Virus record (IMG/VR): IMGVR_UViG_3300045988_037151
Span: 1 to 44,018 of that record
Length of the DNA stretch: 44,018 nt
Origin: a virus
Direction: 5' to 3' (one strand)
Shown: positions 1 through 7,738 of the stretch, piece by piece
How positions within the stretch are numbered: position 1 is the first letter of the stretch
Layout: each line of letters starts with the position of its first letter
Notes under the pieces: generated by a model
Databases searched by the model: none
Seen by the model: the letters and a program-made list of their open reading frames with translations, nothing else
What the model was told of the DNA's origin: nothing
Made by a program: the position numbers and the translations under genes

Positions 1-207
1 GTACACCTGAGCGTCGCCGTACACCCAAGCGTTGCCGTACACCCAAGCGTTGCCGTACACCCGAGCGTTGCCGGACACCCAAGCGTTGCCGTACACCTGA
101 GCGTTGCCGTACACCTGAGCGTTGCCGTACACCTGAGCGTCGCCGTACACCTGAGCGTCGCCGTACACCCAAGCGTTGCCGTACACCCAAGCGTTGCCGG
201 ACACGTC
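1..207 (-). repeat. 18-bp tandem repeat array (coding; Y/S-G-N/D-A-W/Q/R-V hexapeptides), left part of the copy A array
   Basis: Contiguous units gccgtacacc[ct][ag]agcg[tc][tc], with no spacers, in frame with the CDS. Confidence 0.9.
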
Positions 208-348
208 AAGGTTTTTCTCCGTCTCAATCCACCCGCCGATGTCACCGGCTTTGACGAGGCCGAAATCTTTTATTGCTTTGATGCGGCGTACTACAGCTCC
301 GCCGTCCAGTACTTTTTCTTCGCCGGTGAACTCATACTTGTCATTCAT
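1..348 (-). CDS. YdcK-like hexapeptide-repeat (left-handed beta-helix) protein, copy A, N-terminal part; continues at 43966..43655
   Basis: ATG at 348, in an ATGA overlap with the stop of 345..581. Translation starts MNDKYEFTGEEKVLDGGAVVRRIKAIKDFGLVKAGDIGGWIETEKNLDVSGNAWVYGNAWVYGDAQV... Codon phase at position 1 matches the ORF 43655..44008 once the 52-nt overlap is removed, giving 660 nt (219 aa). The N-terminal motif VKAGD.GGW plus hexapeptides recalls E. coli YdcK (from memory). Confidence 0.8.
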   Translation of the reverse strand, partial: MNDKYEFTGEEKVLDGGAVVRRIKAIKDFGLVKAGDIGGWIETEKNLDVSGNAWVYGNAWVYGDAQVYGDAQVYGNAQVYGNAQVYGNAWVSGNARVYGNAWVYGNAWVYGDAQVY

Positions 349-581
349 GTGTTGTCTCCCCCACTATCCAGATAATACGTTGCGTACTCCGTCCTGTGCC
401 CGGTGCGGCTCTTGCCTTCCGTGCGCTCGGTCAGGATGGTGTAGCCCTCTGCCCTCAGGTCGTAAATACGACCGCTCAATCTTGTGCACCCGAACAGCTC
501 AAAGGATTCCATGCTGGTGATTTTGCCGTGCTTTTTCAGGTGCTCCAAGATTTGCTTGCGCTGAGTGGTCAGGTTGTCCAT
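345..581 (-). CDS. Small winged-helix DNA-binding protein (HTH_39-like phage family)
   Basis: 78 aa: MDNLTTQRKQILEHLKKHGKITSMESFELFGCTRLSGRIYDLRAEGYTILTERTEGKSRTGHRTEYATYYL. The pattern (ITS.E.F...G.TRLS.RI.DLR..GY.I) matches a common phage HTH family recalled from memory. Confidence 0.65.
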   Translation of the reverse strand: MDNLTTQRKQILEHLKKHGKITSMESFELFGCTRLSGRIYDLRAEGYTILTERTEGKSRTGHRTEYATYYLDSGGDNT

Positions 582-585
582 ACCC

Positions 586-771
586 TCACTCCTTTTCCAG
601 CCCGAACCGCTGGAGCAATCTCCTTCGGGGGACTTTAACCGGGTTATCCAGTGTGAACAGTCCCTCTTTCTTCATTTCGGCGTTGATCTTGCGCAGGACT
701 TCCCGCGCTGACTGTTCGCCGATGCCCAGCAGAGCTGCCGCTTCGCGGGCGGTGATAAGCTGTCTGGTCAT
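586..771 (-). CDS. Small HTH DNA-binding protein (excisionase/MerR-like fold)
   Basis: 61 aa. The segment ITAREAAALLGIGEQSAREVLRKI looks like a helix-turn-helix. The gene is tightly packed in the early operon. Confidence 0.5.
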   Translation of the reverse strand: MTRQLITAREAAALLGIGEQSAREVLRKINAEMKKEGLFTLDNPVKVPRRRLLQRFGLEKE

Positions 772-972
772 TTATTTCACCTCTGCGTCATCTTCTAGCA
801 ATTCGCTGATTTTGCAGCCATAAAGTGCAGCAAGCTTTTCAAGGTTACTCCTTCTCGGGAGAGCTGCTCCGCTTTCCCACAGGAACACGGTCGGTCTGGC
901 CACTCCAATAGCCTTGCTCACATCATCCTGAGTCAGCCCAGCGACCAGACGCAGGGCTTTCATTTTCATCAT
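772..972 (-). CDS. XRE-family HTH protein, Cro-like first gene of the early operon
   Basis: 66 aa. LRLVAGLTQDDVSKAIGVARPTVFLWESG is a canonical XRE HTH. AGGAGG lies upstream of the ATG, and a consensus promoter sits immediately upstream. Confidence 0.8.
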   Translation of the reverse strand: MMKMKALRLVAGLTQDDVSKAIGVARPTVFLWESGAALPRRSNLEKLAALYGCKISELLEDDAEVK

Positions 973-996
973 TTGCTCACCTCCTTTTGCTCTTTC

Positions 997-1063
997 TTAC
1001 GAACTGTAAATCTATTATATTACAATATGTTAAGTTTGTAAATACAAAAATACCGTTTCGTAA
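997..1063 (-). promoter_or_regulatory. Early leftward promoter with flanking inverted repeats (candidate operators)
   Basis: On the minus strand: TTTACA (1042..1037), a 17-nt spacer, then TATAAT (1019..1014). It is flanked by ttacgaa (997..1003) and ttcgtaa (1057..1063). ATTTAC(A/G) occurs three times. Confidence 0.55.
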
Positions 1064-1065
1064 AT

Positions 1066-1251
1066 TTATTTCAGCAGGTTTTTCACGTTCTCAGAGGTCA
1101 AAGCACATTCCCGTTTGTAGCTTCCGTCGATGTCATACACTAGCAGCCAGCCACTGACATACTGGACAAAACCGCCATTCGGCAGCTCGAGGATTGCGAG
1201 CTCGTTTTGCCAGAGCCAGTCGGAAATGGCCTCATAAATGGAGGTGGTCAT
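1066..1251 (-). CDS. Hypothetical small protein
   Basis: ATG at 1251, 3 nt after the stop of the DUF932 gene. 61 aa starting MTTSIYEAISDWLWQNELAILELPNGG... The longer ORF-track start at 1446 overlaps the upstream gene and is unlikely. Confidence 0.5.
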   Translation of the reverse strand: MTTSIYEAISDWLWQNELAILELPNGGFVQYVSGWLLVYDIDGSYKRECALTSENVKNLLK

Positions 1252-1253
1252 GT

Positions 1254-2180
1254 TCACACCCCCTTTCCGACCGCAGCGGCCATCTGGTCGATGAGATAAT
1301 GGCCGCTCATGACGCGGTTCCAGTTGTTGGCCTGATAGCTGGCGGTGTTGCGGTGGGGCTTGGTGTGCGTCACCATATCGGACATGGCATTGACTGCGCC
1401 CCATGCGGTGTTGCGGAATTTGGCGATGTCGGGGGCGAACCAGCACACCATATACTCATCTTTGAGCTGCTGGACGTGACGCTTCTGGAGATCGCTCATG
1501 TCGTCGTTCGCCGGGAACAGGTCGTTCAGGATTTCCCGCAGCCGGTCATCGGTGACGGTCTTGTTCGCCAGCCGGTCGGCCTGCTCCGCCAGATCGGTCA
1601 TATAGCCGTTGGCCATATCGAGGCAGTGCCGCGCCTCGCTCAGTTTAGCGGAGATGTCGCCCACATGGTGCACGCTCCAAGCACGCTGTGCACCGTTGAG
1701 AGCGAGGTTCAGGGTGTTGTTGCAGACGACCCGGATGGGGGTCATGCAGACGCGGATTGCGCCCGTGCCGTCGTGACTATTGGTAAATACCATGTAAGGC
1801 TCGGTCTTATCGCCGCAAATTTCGGTGTCCGGCATCTTTGCCAGCAGCCAGATCTTCTTGCCGCCGCAAAGGCTTCCGGCGGTTTCATAGTGGACGTCGC
1901 TACCAATCAGGGAGTCGGTGAAGCTGAATGCCTCTGCATTCTGAACGACGCGATAGCGGTTGCCAACGATGCCCAAGCAGGAGCCGTCGCTATCACGGAT
2001 GTTGGCCTTGTAGCCGGGAATTTCCATGCCGTCAGCAAAGACGGGGTGCTGTTCTACCGTCCAATCAAGGCCAGCCAGCCGGAGAGCTTCCTCACTGTTG
2101 GGTGCTTCCTGCACCATCGTTCCCAGACCGTGCCAGGGCTTTTCGCGGACATACATCATCGTTTCAACGTTTGCGCTCAT
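1254..2180 (-). CDS. DUF932 (phage/plasmid-like, TIGR03299-type) protein
   Basis: 308 aa. The N-terminus MMYVREKPWHGLG..V......EALRLAGLDWTVE and the segments GIVGNRY..VQN, NSHDG. and CNNTL match the DUF932 pattern as I recall it. Confidence 0.75.
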   Translation of the reverse strand: MSANVETMMYVREKPWHGLGTMVQEAPNSEEALRLAGLDWTVEQHPVFADGMEIPGYKANIRDSDGSCLGIVGNRYRVVQNAEAFSFTDSLIGSDVHYETAGSLCGGKKIWLLAKMPDTEICGDKTEPYMVFTNSHDGTGAIRVCMTPIRVVCNNTLNLALNGAQRAWSVHHVGDISAKLSEARHCLDMANGYMTDLAEQADRLANKTVTDDRLREILNDLFPANDDMSDLQKRHVQQLKDEYMVCWFAPDIAKFRNTAWGAVNAMSDMVTHTKPHRNTASYQANNWNRVMSGHYLIDQMAAAVGKGV

Positions 2181-2261
2181 TTGAATAACCTCCTATATGT
2201 GTGACCTGCCATCATCAGCGCCGGGCGGTCAGCCCCGACGGACGCCCGAAGGCGTTTCGGC

Positions 2262-2456
2262 TCATCTAAGCGCGAAGCGGATAACGTGTTCCTGGCGGAA
2301 GGTCACGGTTCCGAAGAACCCACTGAAATCAAGAATCTGATCCTGATACCAGTTGCCGCGAGTGACGAAGTTCCCGAGTGTATCGTAGATTTCGATGGTG
2401 TCATCGTCCGTGATGGTCTGGCTCATAATCAAACTGCTCAGTTTGTAGATTTTCAT
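2262..2456 (-). CDS. Hypothetical small protein, first gene of the DUF932 operon
   Basis: ATG at 2456 preceded by GGAGG (caggaggaaaagctATG). 64 aa starting MKIYKLSSLIMSQTITDDD... Confidence 0.5.
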   Translation of the reverse strand: MKIYKLSSLIMSQTITDDDTIEIYDTLGNFVTRGNWYQDQILDFSGFFGTVTFRQEHVIRFALR

Positions 2457-2497
2457 AGCTTTTCCTCCTGTCTGTCTGCTTTGTCTTTTCTGACTAT

Positions 2498-2583
2498 AAT
2501 ATAGCATAAATCTAACATATTGTAAAGTACTGTTTTTCATTTTGTTAGATTTTATTTACACGGCGTTATTTTTGTTGTAAAAT
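2498..2583. promoter_or_regulatory. Divergent promoter pair with an inverted-repeat operator (genetic switch)
   Basis: Leftward promoter: TTTACA (2526..2521), 17 nt, TATATT (2503..2498). Rightward promoter: TTTACA (2555..2560), 17 nt, TAAAAT (2578..2583). The inverted repeat aaatctaaca (2508..2517) / tgttagattt (2543..2552) overlaps the leftward spacer and abuts the rightward -35. Confidence 0.55.
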
Positions 2584-2610
2584 ATACTCAAATTAGGGAG
2601 GTGTTACCCT

Positions 2611-2958
2611 GTGCCGAACCGAATCAGAGCCGTGCGAAAGCAAAATCGTTTTAGTCAAGCCGAACTAGCGCAAAGACTCGAAGTGTCGGAACCTACTATA
2701 AGCAATTATGAAACAGGAAAAAGAGAGCCGGATAAAGCAACGTGGGTCAGGCTTTCTCGGATACTTGGTGTATCCGTTGATTATCTAATGGGGCTGGACG
2801 CAGAAAAAGCCGCCACCCCAGAGGGTAGCGGCTTGGATGAAGGCGCAAGATACTTGCTCCAACGGTATAAAGATGCAAAGACGGACGAAGAGCGCAAGCG
2901 CATTATCACGGCGGTTGAGATCGCGGTGAACCTAGACAAGAGCACAAAAGATGAATAA
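2611..2958 (+). CDS. XRE-family repressor (CI-like candidate)
   Basis: GTG start at 2611 with AGGGAGG at 2595..2601. The 115-aa product contains RFSQAELAQRLEVSEPTISNYETGKREP, an XRE HTH. It is divergent from the leftward operon. Confidence 0.8.
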   Translation: MPNRIRAVRKQNRFSQAELAQRLEVSEPTISNYETGKREPDKATWVRLSRILGVSVDYLMGLDAEKAATPEGSGLDEGARYLLQRYKDAKTDEERKRIITAVEIAVNLDKSTKDE

Positions 2959-3268
2959 GCAGGATTTACGCCTGTTGAAAGCAGTGGTAGCCAGTGAAAA
3001 GAACAGCAAAGAAGAAGCTGGGATAAGAGTAAGTCCGGAAGATATGCAAGTTGCAAAGCGATTACATTGTGACGGGTATATTGTGTTGATGGGGCCGAAT
3101 TCAGATGGAGTTGTTGCCGCCTTTGCAACGGATGAAGGAAAGCAGCTGCTTACCGATCTCCGCAAAGAACGTGCAAACAGCATCCAGAAATGGGTAACGG
3201 CCAGCGCAGCAGTAGTCGCCGCACTGGCCGCAGTGGTCGGTGTTGTCTTACAGGTTGTGCTGCATTAA
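2951..3268 (+). CDS. Hypothetical protein with a C-terminal transmembrane anchor
   Basis: 105 aa, overlapping the repressor stop by 8 nt. The C-terminus WVTASAAVVAALAAVVGVVLQVVLH is hydrophobic. Confidence 0.5.
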   Translation: MNKQDLRLLKAVVASEKNSKEEAGIRVSPEDMQVAKRLHCDGYIVLMGPNSDGVVAAFATDEGKQLLTDLRKERANSIQKWVTASAAVVAALAAVVGVVLQVVLH

Positions 3269-3582
3269 ATCAGGCTGACTGCAATCACGGTAAAGATTGC
3301 GATACAAAAGCCGGAGATGCAGCCGCAGATAAACGTACCTTCCCCGCCGGAGCCAAAACGGCGAGAGGATACGGAAATGCTGCAATTCCCGTCTTTTGTT
3401 GTCAGCGCAGAATAGTCATCGGCAATGAAAAGGTCATCCCCGTCAGTTGATTTGTGGTGGCCGTTTTCAAAAACCCTATTTTTCCGCTCCTTGATGTACT
3501 CAAATGCGTGGATAAATACGATGGTATAGCTTGCGAAAAAGCTAACCAATGCTAGGATGATCTGCACTACTTTCATCGTCAT
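3265..3582 (-). CDS. Hypothetical membrane protein (TM segments at both ends)
   Basis: 105 aa, with VVQIILALVSFFASYTIVFI near the N-terminus and CGCISGFCIAIFTVIAVSLI at the C-terminus. It converges on 2951..3268. Confidence 0.5.
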   Translation of the reverse strand: MTMKVVQIILALVSFFASYTIVFIHAFEYIKERKNRVFENGHHKSTDGDDLFIADDYSALTTKDGNCSISVSSRRFGSGGEGTFICGCISGFCIAIFTVIAVSLI

Positions 3583-3693
3583 TCTCCTTTAGTAGGTCTA
3601 TTGCACGGTTGATTTGTTCGGGCGTCATGCTCTGTACAAGCTTTGCAAATTCAGTTTGCGTAAGTATGCGTATGTTTGTCGCTGCCTCTTTCA
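3541..3693 (-). CDS. Possible small protein (50 aa)
   Basis: Not in the ORF track because it is under 60 aa. My own translation is MKEAATNIRILTQTEFAKLVQSMTPEQINRAIDLLKENDDESSADHPSIG. It overlaps the start of 3265..3582. The evidence is weak. Confidence 0.3.
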
Positions 3694-3823
3694 TTTTGTT
3701 TCCCCTCTCATTTTAGTACACATGTCCTAAATTTTCAATTATTTTTTCTTGTTGGGCTGATAGCAGCACAGATGTTCCATTTGCGCTATGCAAATTCTAA
3801 ATTTATATAGGTGGTGTTGCGCT

Positions 3824-4773
3824 ATGAATGTAAATTCGGCGATCAACTTCGGGTTTTTGATCTTATGTATAATCGCATTGATCGTACTCGCTGCGTGGTT
3901 TATATACGAGGCCATGTACTACAAGAGCGACAAATTCGTTGCGATTAAATCCCGCATCCAGACTTATATCGACGATTGCAACGCCCTGAATCAGCACATC
4001 GACGAGCTGAAGCTCACGGCAATGCCAGGCGGTCAAGTCGAGACAGGCTCTGCAGATTATACCGACACGAGCAAGTGGAACTCGAAAGCAAGCGTGGCCA
4101 GCGGAAAATTTGTGCCGAATGTTTACAAGTGCTCCGCTACAGTCTGTGACAACGCACGCCGCAACCCAGCCGCAACCCATTTAAGTACATCTGTAAATAT
4201 TTCGGTATTCCAGCGACTGAAGAAAGCCTGTCTCAGATCGAGGAAGTGCTGAACAGCTTCGACGCGGCTGAGGAAGGCAAAGCTGCTTTGGAAGCTGAAC
4301 GGAAATTCATCCTGAGTGGAATTCAGGGTGAAATCCCCCTCCTTATCCGTAAGCTCAGTGCGAAAAAGCTGGAAAGCAAGCTGGGCTTTGCACCCGTCGA
4401 TCTTAAAACCGCCTACTATCCCCGATATATCTTTGAGTATGTCAGTGCTGGCGGGAACAAATCAAAAAGATGCGAAATTGCCCTAGACCCAGCCAACCTG
4501 AACAAATTCATCGCCTACCTGTCGGAAACGGTGAAATTTAAGAAAAGCGTTGCCGGTCAGCGGGCGCTCATGACAAGCAAGCTCCGCCAGCAGATCAAGG
4601 AGCGAGACAACTTTACCTGCCGCCAGTGTGGTGTGTCTCTGGCGGATGAGCCGCATCTGCTGCTTGAGATTGACCACATCGTACCAGTGTCTAAAGGTGG
4701 TCTCACGACGGAGGACAACTTGCAAACACTGTGCTGGCGGTGCAACCGCAGCAAGGGTGCAAAGACCGCCTAA
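3824..4773 (+). pseudogene. Membrane-anchored HNH nuclease gene disrupted by an 11-bp tandem duplication
   Basis: ATG at 3824 with AGGTGG upstream and an N-terminal TM segment (FGFLILCIIALIVLAAWFIY). The C-terminus carries an HNH motif (CRQCG...EIDHIVPVSKGG...NLQTLCWRCNRSKG). ORFs 3788..4252 and 4246..4773 are in different frames. Removing one copy of gccgcaaccca restores a single 312-aa frame reading ...CDNARRNPFKYICKYFGIPATEE... Confidence 0.7.
4158..4179 (+). repeat. Perfect 11-bp tandem duplication gccgcaaccca x2 (cause of the frameshift)
   Basis: Read directly: 4158..4168 equals 4169..4179. Confidence 0.95.
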
Positions 4774-4940
4774 GTCTTCTCACCTCCCCTAAAATGACCA
4801 TCTTGTAACTGCGGCACAACGTAGTGCCAGAAAAGTCGGGCATCCTGCTCAGATATGCGGCCAATGTCGTCCGTTCCAAACATTGCGACAAGGGCGTCTG
4901 CATACTCAGGGTGCTCGGCTATTTTTTTACGATAATTCAT
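4770..4940 (-). CDS. Possible small protein (56 aa)
   Basis: My own translation is MNYRKKIAEHPEYADALVAMFGTDDIGRISEQDARLFWHYVVPQLQDGHFRGGEKT. GGGGGA lies upstream of the ATG at 4940, and a TATAAT-type -10 sits upstream. It converges on the HNH gene. Confidence 0.35.
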   Translation of the reverse strand: MNYRKKIAEHPEYADALVAMFGTDDIGRISEQDARLFWHYVVPQLQDGHFRGGEKT

Positions 4941-4963
4941 CTGCCTATCCCCCTTTAAGCGTT

Positions 4964-5000
4964 ATTATACAAACAATTGTTTATCCTTATCATGGATAAA
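4964..5000. promoter_or_regulatory. Intergenic operators between divergent genes 4770..4940 and 5047..5646
   Basis: Minus-strand TATAAT at 4969..4964. A perfect 12-bp palindrome aaacaattgttt lies at 4971..4982. A second inverted repeat is tttatcc (4980..4986) / ggataaa (4994..5000). Confidence 0.45.
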
Positions 5001-5046
5001 GTGTATGTTTGAATTTAAACCTAAACACTAAAAAAGGAGGAATAAC

Positions 5047-5646
5047 ATGAGAACACGGGAAGAATTGCGGGATGGATGCGCCCTTTTGTTGCAAAATTTG
5101 CGGAAGCGTGTCGGACTGCCAAAATACAGGATGGCAGAGATGGTAGGTGTAGACTTGCGCACATGGGATAAGTACGAGTCTGGGAAAGCTTCTCCCCGTG
5201 TAGATGAATTTATCGCATGGTTTGATCTCTTTCGTGTTGATGCGCTTGCCGCCGTGCTGGAATACCTTTACCCGGATGTGTATACGCTAACGCAGGATAG
5301 CAGTATTGACGAGCTGCGCCGTGCAGCGCTACACTATATAGGCAATGTCGCATCCGATCGCACAATCCAGAAGTTTGATTTTCTTGTTTTCGGGAGACAC
5401 GGATCGAACATCGGGGCGCAATCTGAGGAGTTTGTGATGTTAGATCACCTGCCGCTGACTATGCGTCTGGCGGTCGCATCCTTAATTGACATCCTGTATG
5501 AGACGGCCAGTGCAAACGGTCTACTGGTCAACACGGAGCATGCCATGCCAAATGTGGAGACATTCCGCGACGGCCTGAGGAAAGGCCGGGAGGCCGTCAT
5601 GGAGGGCAAGACGAGCTATACAACGTCGGTGGTGAGCAAGGTATGA
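5047..5646 (+). CDS. XRE-type HTH protein with an uncharacterised C-terminal domain, translationally coupled to the integrase
   Basis: AAGGAGG upstream. The 199-aa product contains LPKYRMAEMVGVDLRTWDKYESGKASP, an HTH. Its stop overlaps the integrase ATG (ATGA). Confidence 0.65.
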   Translation: MRTREELRDGCALLLQNLRKRVGLPKYRMAEMVGVDLRTWDKYESGKASPRVDEFIAWFDLFRVDALAAVLEYLYPDVYTLTQDSSIDELRRAALHYIGNVASDRTIQKFDFLVFGRHGSNIGAQSEEFVMLDHLPLTMRLAVASLIDILYETASANGLLVNTEHAMPNVETFRDGLRKGREAVMEGKTSYTTSVVSKV

Positions 5647-6713
5647 GCGTGTCTAAAATGCCGGATGGCCGTTGGAAGGTGACCTGCCGTTATACTACCT
5701 TCGATGGCTCGCGGAAACAAAAGAAAAAAGAGGGTTTCCAAACAAAACGGGAAGCCCAGCAATTTGAAAAAGAGTTTTTGCAAAAGATGAATGGCAGCTT
5801 GTCTATGTCCATGTCGTCGCTGTTTGATCTGTACCTGGAGGACGCAAAGGCGAGGGTGAAGCCGACAACATACTCATCAATCGAATTTACGATCGAAAAG
5901 AGTCTGCGCCCAGCGTTTGGCAAAACCGCCGTGCAAGATGTCACACCGCTGGCCATACGCAAGTGGTACGGAGAGCTGCAAAAGAAAAAATCGCGCATAA
6001 CCGGCGGTGCACTATCTCAAACGACGACCACCATGATAAAATCTAGGTTATCAAGCATTTTTAATTTTGCCGTCCGGCTATACGGACTGCCGTCAAATCC
6101 GTGTGCAAACGCAATCGCCGAAAAGCGGAAGGAAAAAAGGCGGGAAATGAAATTTCTGACCGTGCAGGAGTATACAAAATTCCGCGCCTGTGAGCAAAAC
6201 GAGCTTATGCGGATTGCTTTTGATACGCTATTTTGGACGGGTATGCGTGAGGGTGAGCTGCTGGCACTTGCGCCGGAAGATGTGCGCGACGGGAAAATAT
6301 CCATAAACAAAACCTATATAAAGCTCAACAGAGAGGAAATTATCGGGGTTCCGAAAACCGCAAGCTCCGTCAGAGTAATATCAATCCCGCGCTTTTTGCA
6401 AGACGAACTGGAGCCACTTATCACCACCATGTCAGGCGGTAGGATTTTCGAGGGCGCGAGCGCATCTATGCTCCGCAACCACTGCAAGCGCAACTGCGTC
6501 AAGGCAGGCGTGCCGGTCATCAGAGTGCATGATCTCCGACATTCTCACGCTTCAATGCTGATAGATCAGGGCGTTCAGCCGCTACTTATAGCGGAGCGAT
6601 TAGGTCACGAAAACGTGACAATAACACTCCGCGTTTACTCTCATCTCTACAAAGCCAAACGGGACGATTTGTGCTCAGTTTTGGAGAGTTGCTACGATTC
6701 TGCTACGCAATAA
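5643..6713 (+). CDS. int: Tyrosine recombinase / phage integrase
   Basis: 356 aa. The N-terminal arm-binding-like segment is GRWKVTCRYTTFDGSRKQKKKEGFQTKREAQ. Catalytic motifs: WTGMREGELLAL (Arg), HDLRHSHAS (HxxR) and LGHENVTITLRVYSHL (Tyr). Confidence 0.92.
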   Translation: MSVSKMPDGRWKVTCRYTTFDGSRKQKKKEGFQTKREAQQFEKEFLQKMNGSLSMSMSSLFDLYLEDAKARVKPTTYSSIEFTIEKSLRPAFGKTAVQDVTPLAIRKWYGELQKKKSRITGGALSQTTTTMIKSRLSSIFNFAVRLYGLPSNPCANAIAEKRKEKRREMKFLTVQEYTKFRACEQNELMRIAFDTLFWTGMREGELLALAPEDVRDGKISINKTYIKLNREEIIGVPKTASSVRVISIPRFLQDELEPLITTMSGGRIFEGASASMLRNHCKRNCVKAGVPVIRVHDLRHSHASMLIDQGVQPLLIAERLGHENVTITLRVYSHLYKAKRDDLCSVLESCYDSATQ

Positions 6714-6953
6714 ATTCACATTTCTATTTTTTACATTTAAAAATTGCAGATTATGGCTGTTTGCCGTCGTTTTCTCCGCTATTGATGTGTAAATATTTGT
6801 GTATTTTTTAGGTGTTTTATTGTATCATAGACTGACAAAACACGCAATCCATTGTGCGCTAACGCATTTTTGTGTGTTTTGATGAAGATTAAGGCTTGTT
6901 TCTGTGTGAATTAAGTAGCGTGAATTTTGCCTTTTGATACGTTTTTGATACGG
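6714..6953. other. Candidate attP region
   Basis: AT-rich non-coding stretch directly downstream of int. It has a 10-bp direct repeat ttttgatacg at 6932..6941 and 6943..6952, and repeated tgtgt-containing motifs. The core cannot be defined without the bacterial attB. Confidence 0.35.
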
Positions 6954-6984
6954 CAATCCCCCAGCTTTTTCGGCTGGGGGATTG
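6954..6984. terminator. Strong GC hairpin at the end of the cargo cassette
   Basis: caatcccccagc (6954..6965) pairs with gctgggggattg (6973..6984) around a 7-nt loop. It starts 2 nt after the stop of 6987..7316. There is no clear U-tract, so termination efficiency is uncertain. Confidence 0.45.
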
Positions 6985-6986
6985 CA

Positions 6987-7316
6987 TTATATTTGCTCAA
7001 TCTTGCGCATGACTCCATCATACGTCCGCTGGTTTACGACCTTGAGCGTGTCCATCAGCTCGTCCATAATATCCCACGCTTTTTGCTGGTCTTTATCCGA
7101 CACCGTGCGCAAAAAATCGCTGTCGCCAGTAATGCCAGCAGAGACAGCCGCCGGGGCGGCAGAATAAGATCGTTCGTAGGCTAACGGTTTTTCTGCGTTG
7201 CCTTCCATTCTGTCACGGATGATGTATAGGTCTGCCAGCTTCGCATAATTAGGGTAGCTGGATTCAACGTATTCGAGCCGCGCAATTTCGGCGTTGATCT
7301 CTTTGGCATCCAGCAT
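6987..7316 (-). CDS. Hypothetical protein (cargo cassette H)
   Basis: 109 aa: MLDAKEINAEIARLEYVESSYPNYAKLADLYIIRDRMEG...KAWDIMDELMDTLKVVNQRTYDGVMRKIEQI. No motif recognised. Confidence 0.5.
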   Translation of the reverse strand: MLDAKEINAEIARLEYVESSYPNYAKLADLYIIRDRMEGNAEKPLAYERSYSAAPAAVSAGITGDSDFLRTVSDKDQQKAWDIMDELMDTLKVVNQRTYDGVMRKIEQI

Positions 7317-7332
7317 ATTTACTCACCCCTTA

Positions 7333-7725
7333 TTATGCGCGCTCGAGCTGATCTTTGCAACGGCGGATTGCGTCTTTCATCTCGGCGGTGTCCGCCTGCT
7401 CCATCATCTCGTCCAGCTGGTCGATCATATGAGACTTTGCGTCGTCCCGGCTGTATCTGCCTTTGCTGTAATGGCCGCGCACGTAGTGCGTTCCGCGTCT
7501 GGCGTAGCTGTTGCCGCGCCGGTACATATCGCGGTCATCGTCCCAGTCGCCGCTGTAACCATCCAGTTCCTCGAACATCTCAATCTTGTAGATATTTTTG
7601 ATGGAGCTGGTAATATCGCGGATAGCGTCCAGTGTTTCGGCGGACGCGCCACGGCTCCGCATATCATTTTTGATGTCCTCCAGCTCGTCGCAGAGCATTT
7701 TCATCAGGTCGTCATAGTTCGCCAT
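7333..7725 (-). CDS. Hypothetical acidic/basic low-complexity protein (cargo cassette G)
   Basis: 130 aa. GAGGAGG upstream. The central segment is R/Y/G/D-rich (DRDMYRRGNSYARRGTHYVRGHYSKGRYSRDD), flanked by helical acidic segments. Confidence 0.5.
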   Translation of the reverse strand: MANYDDLMKMLCDELEDIKNDMRSRGASAETLDAIRDITSSIKNIYKIEMFEELDGYSGDWDDDRDMYRRGNSYARRGTHYVRGHYSKGRYSRDDAKSHMIDQLDEMMEQADTAEMKDAIRRCKDQLERA

Positions 7726-7738
7726 GTTTCTCCTCCTC

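Noticed and set aside
1-207. Regular short direct repeats at 1..207, 38019..38238 and 43883..44018 as a possible CRISPR array.
   Set aside because: The units are 18 bp and contiguous, with no spacers. They are imperfect in a codon-wise manner and lie in frame inside CDSs. No cas genes or leader are present.
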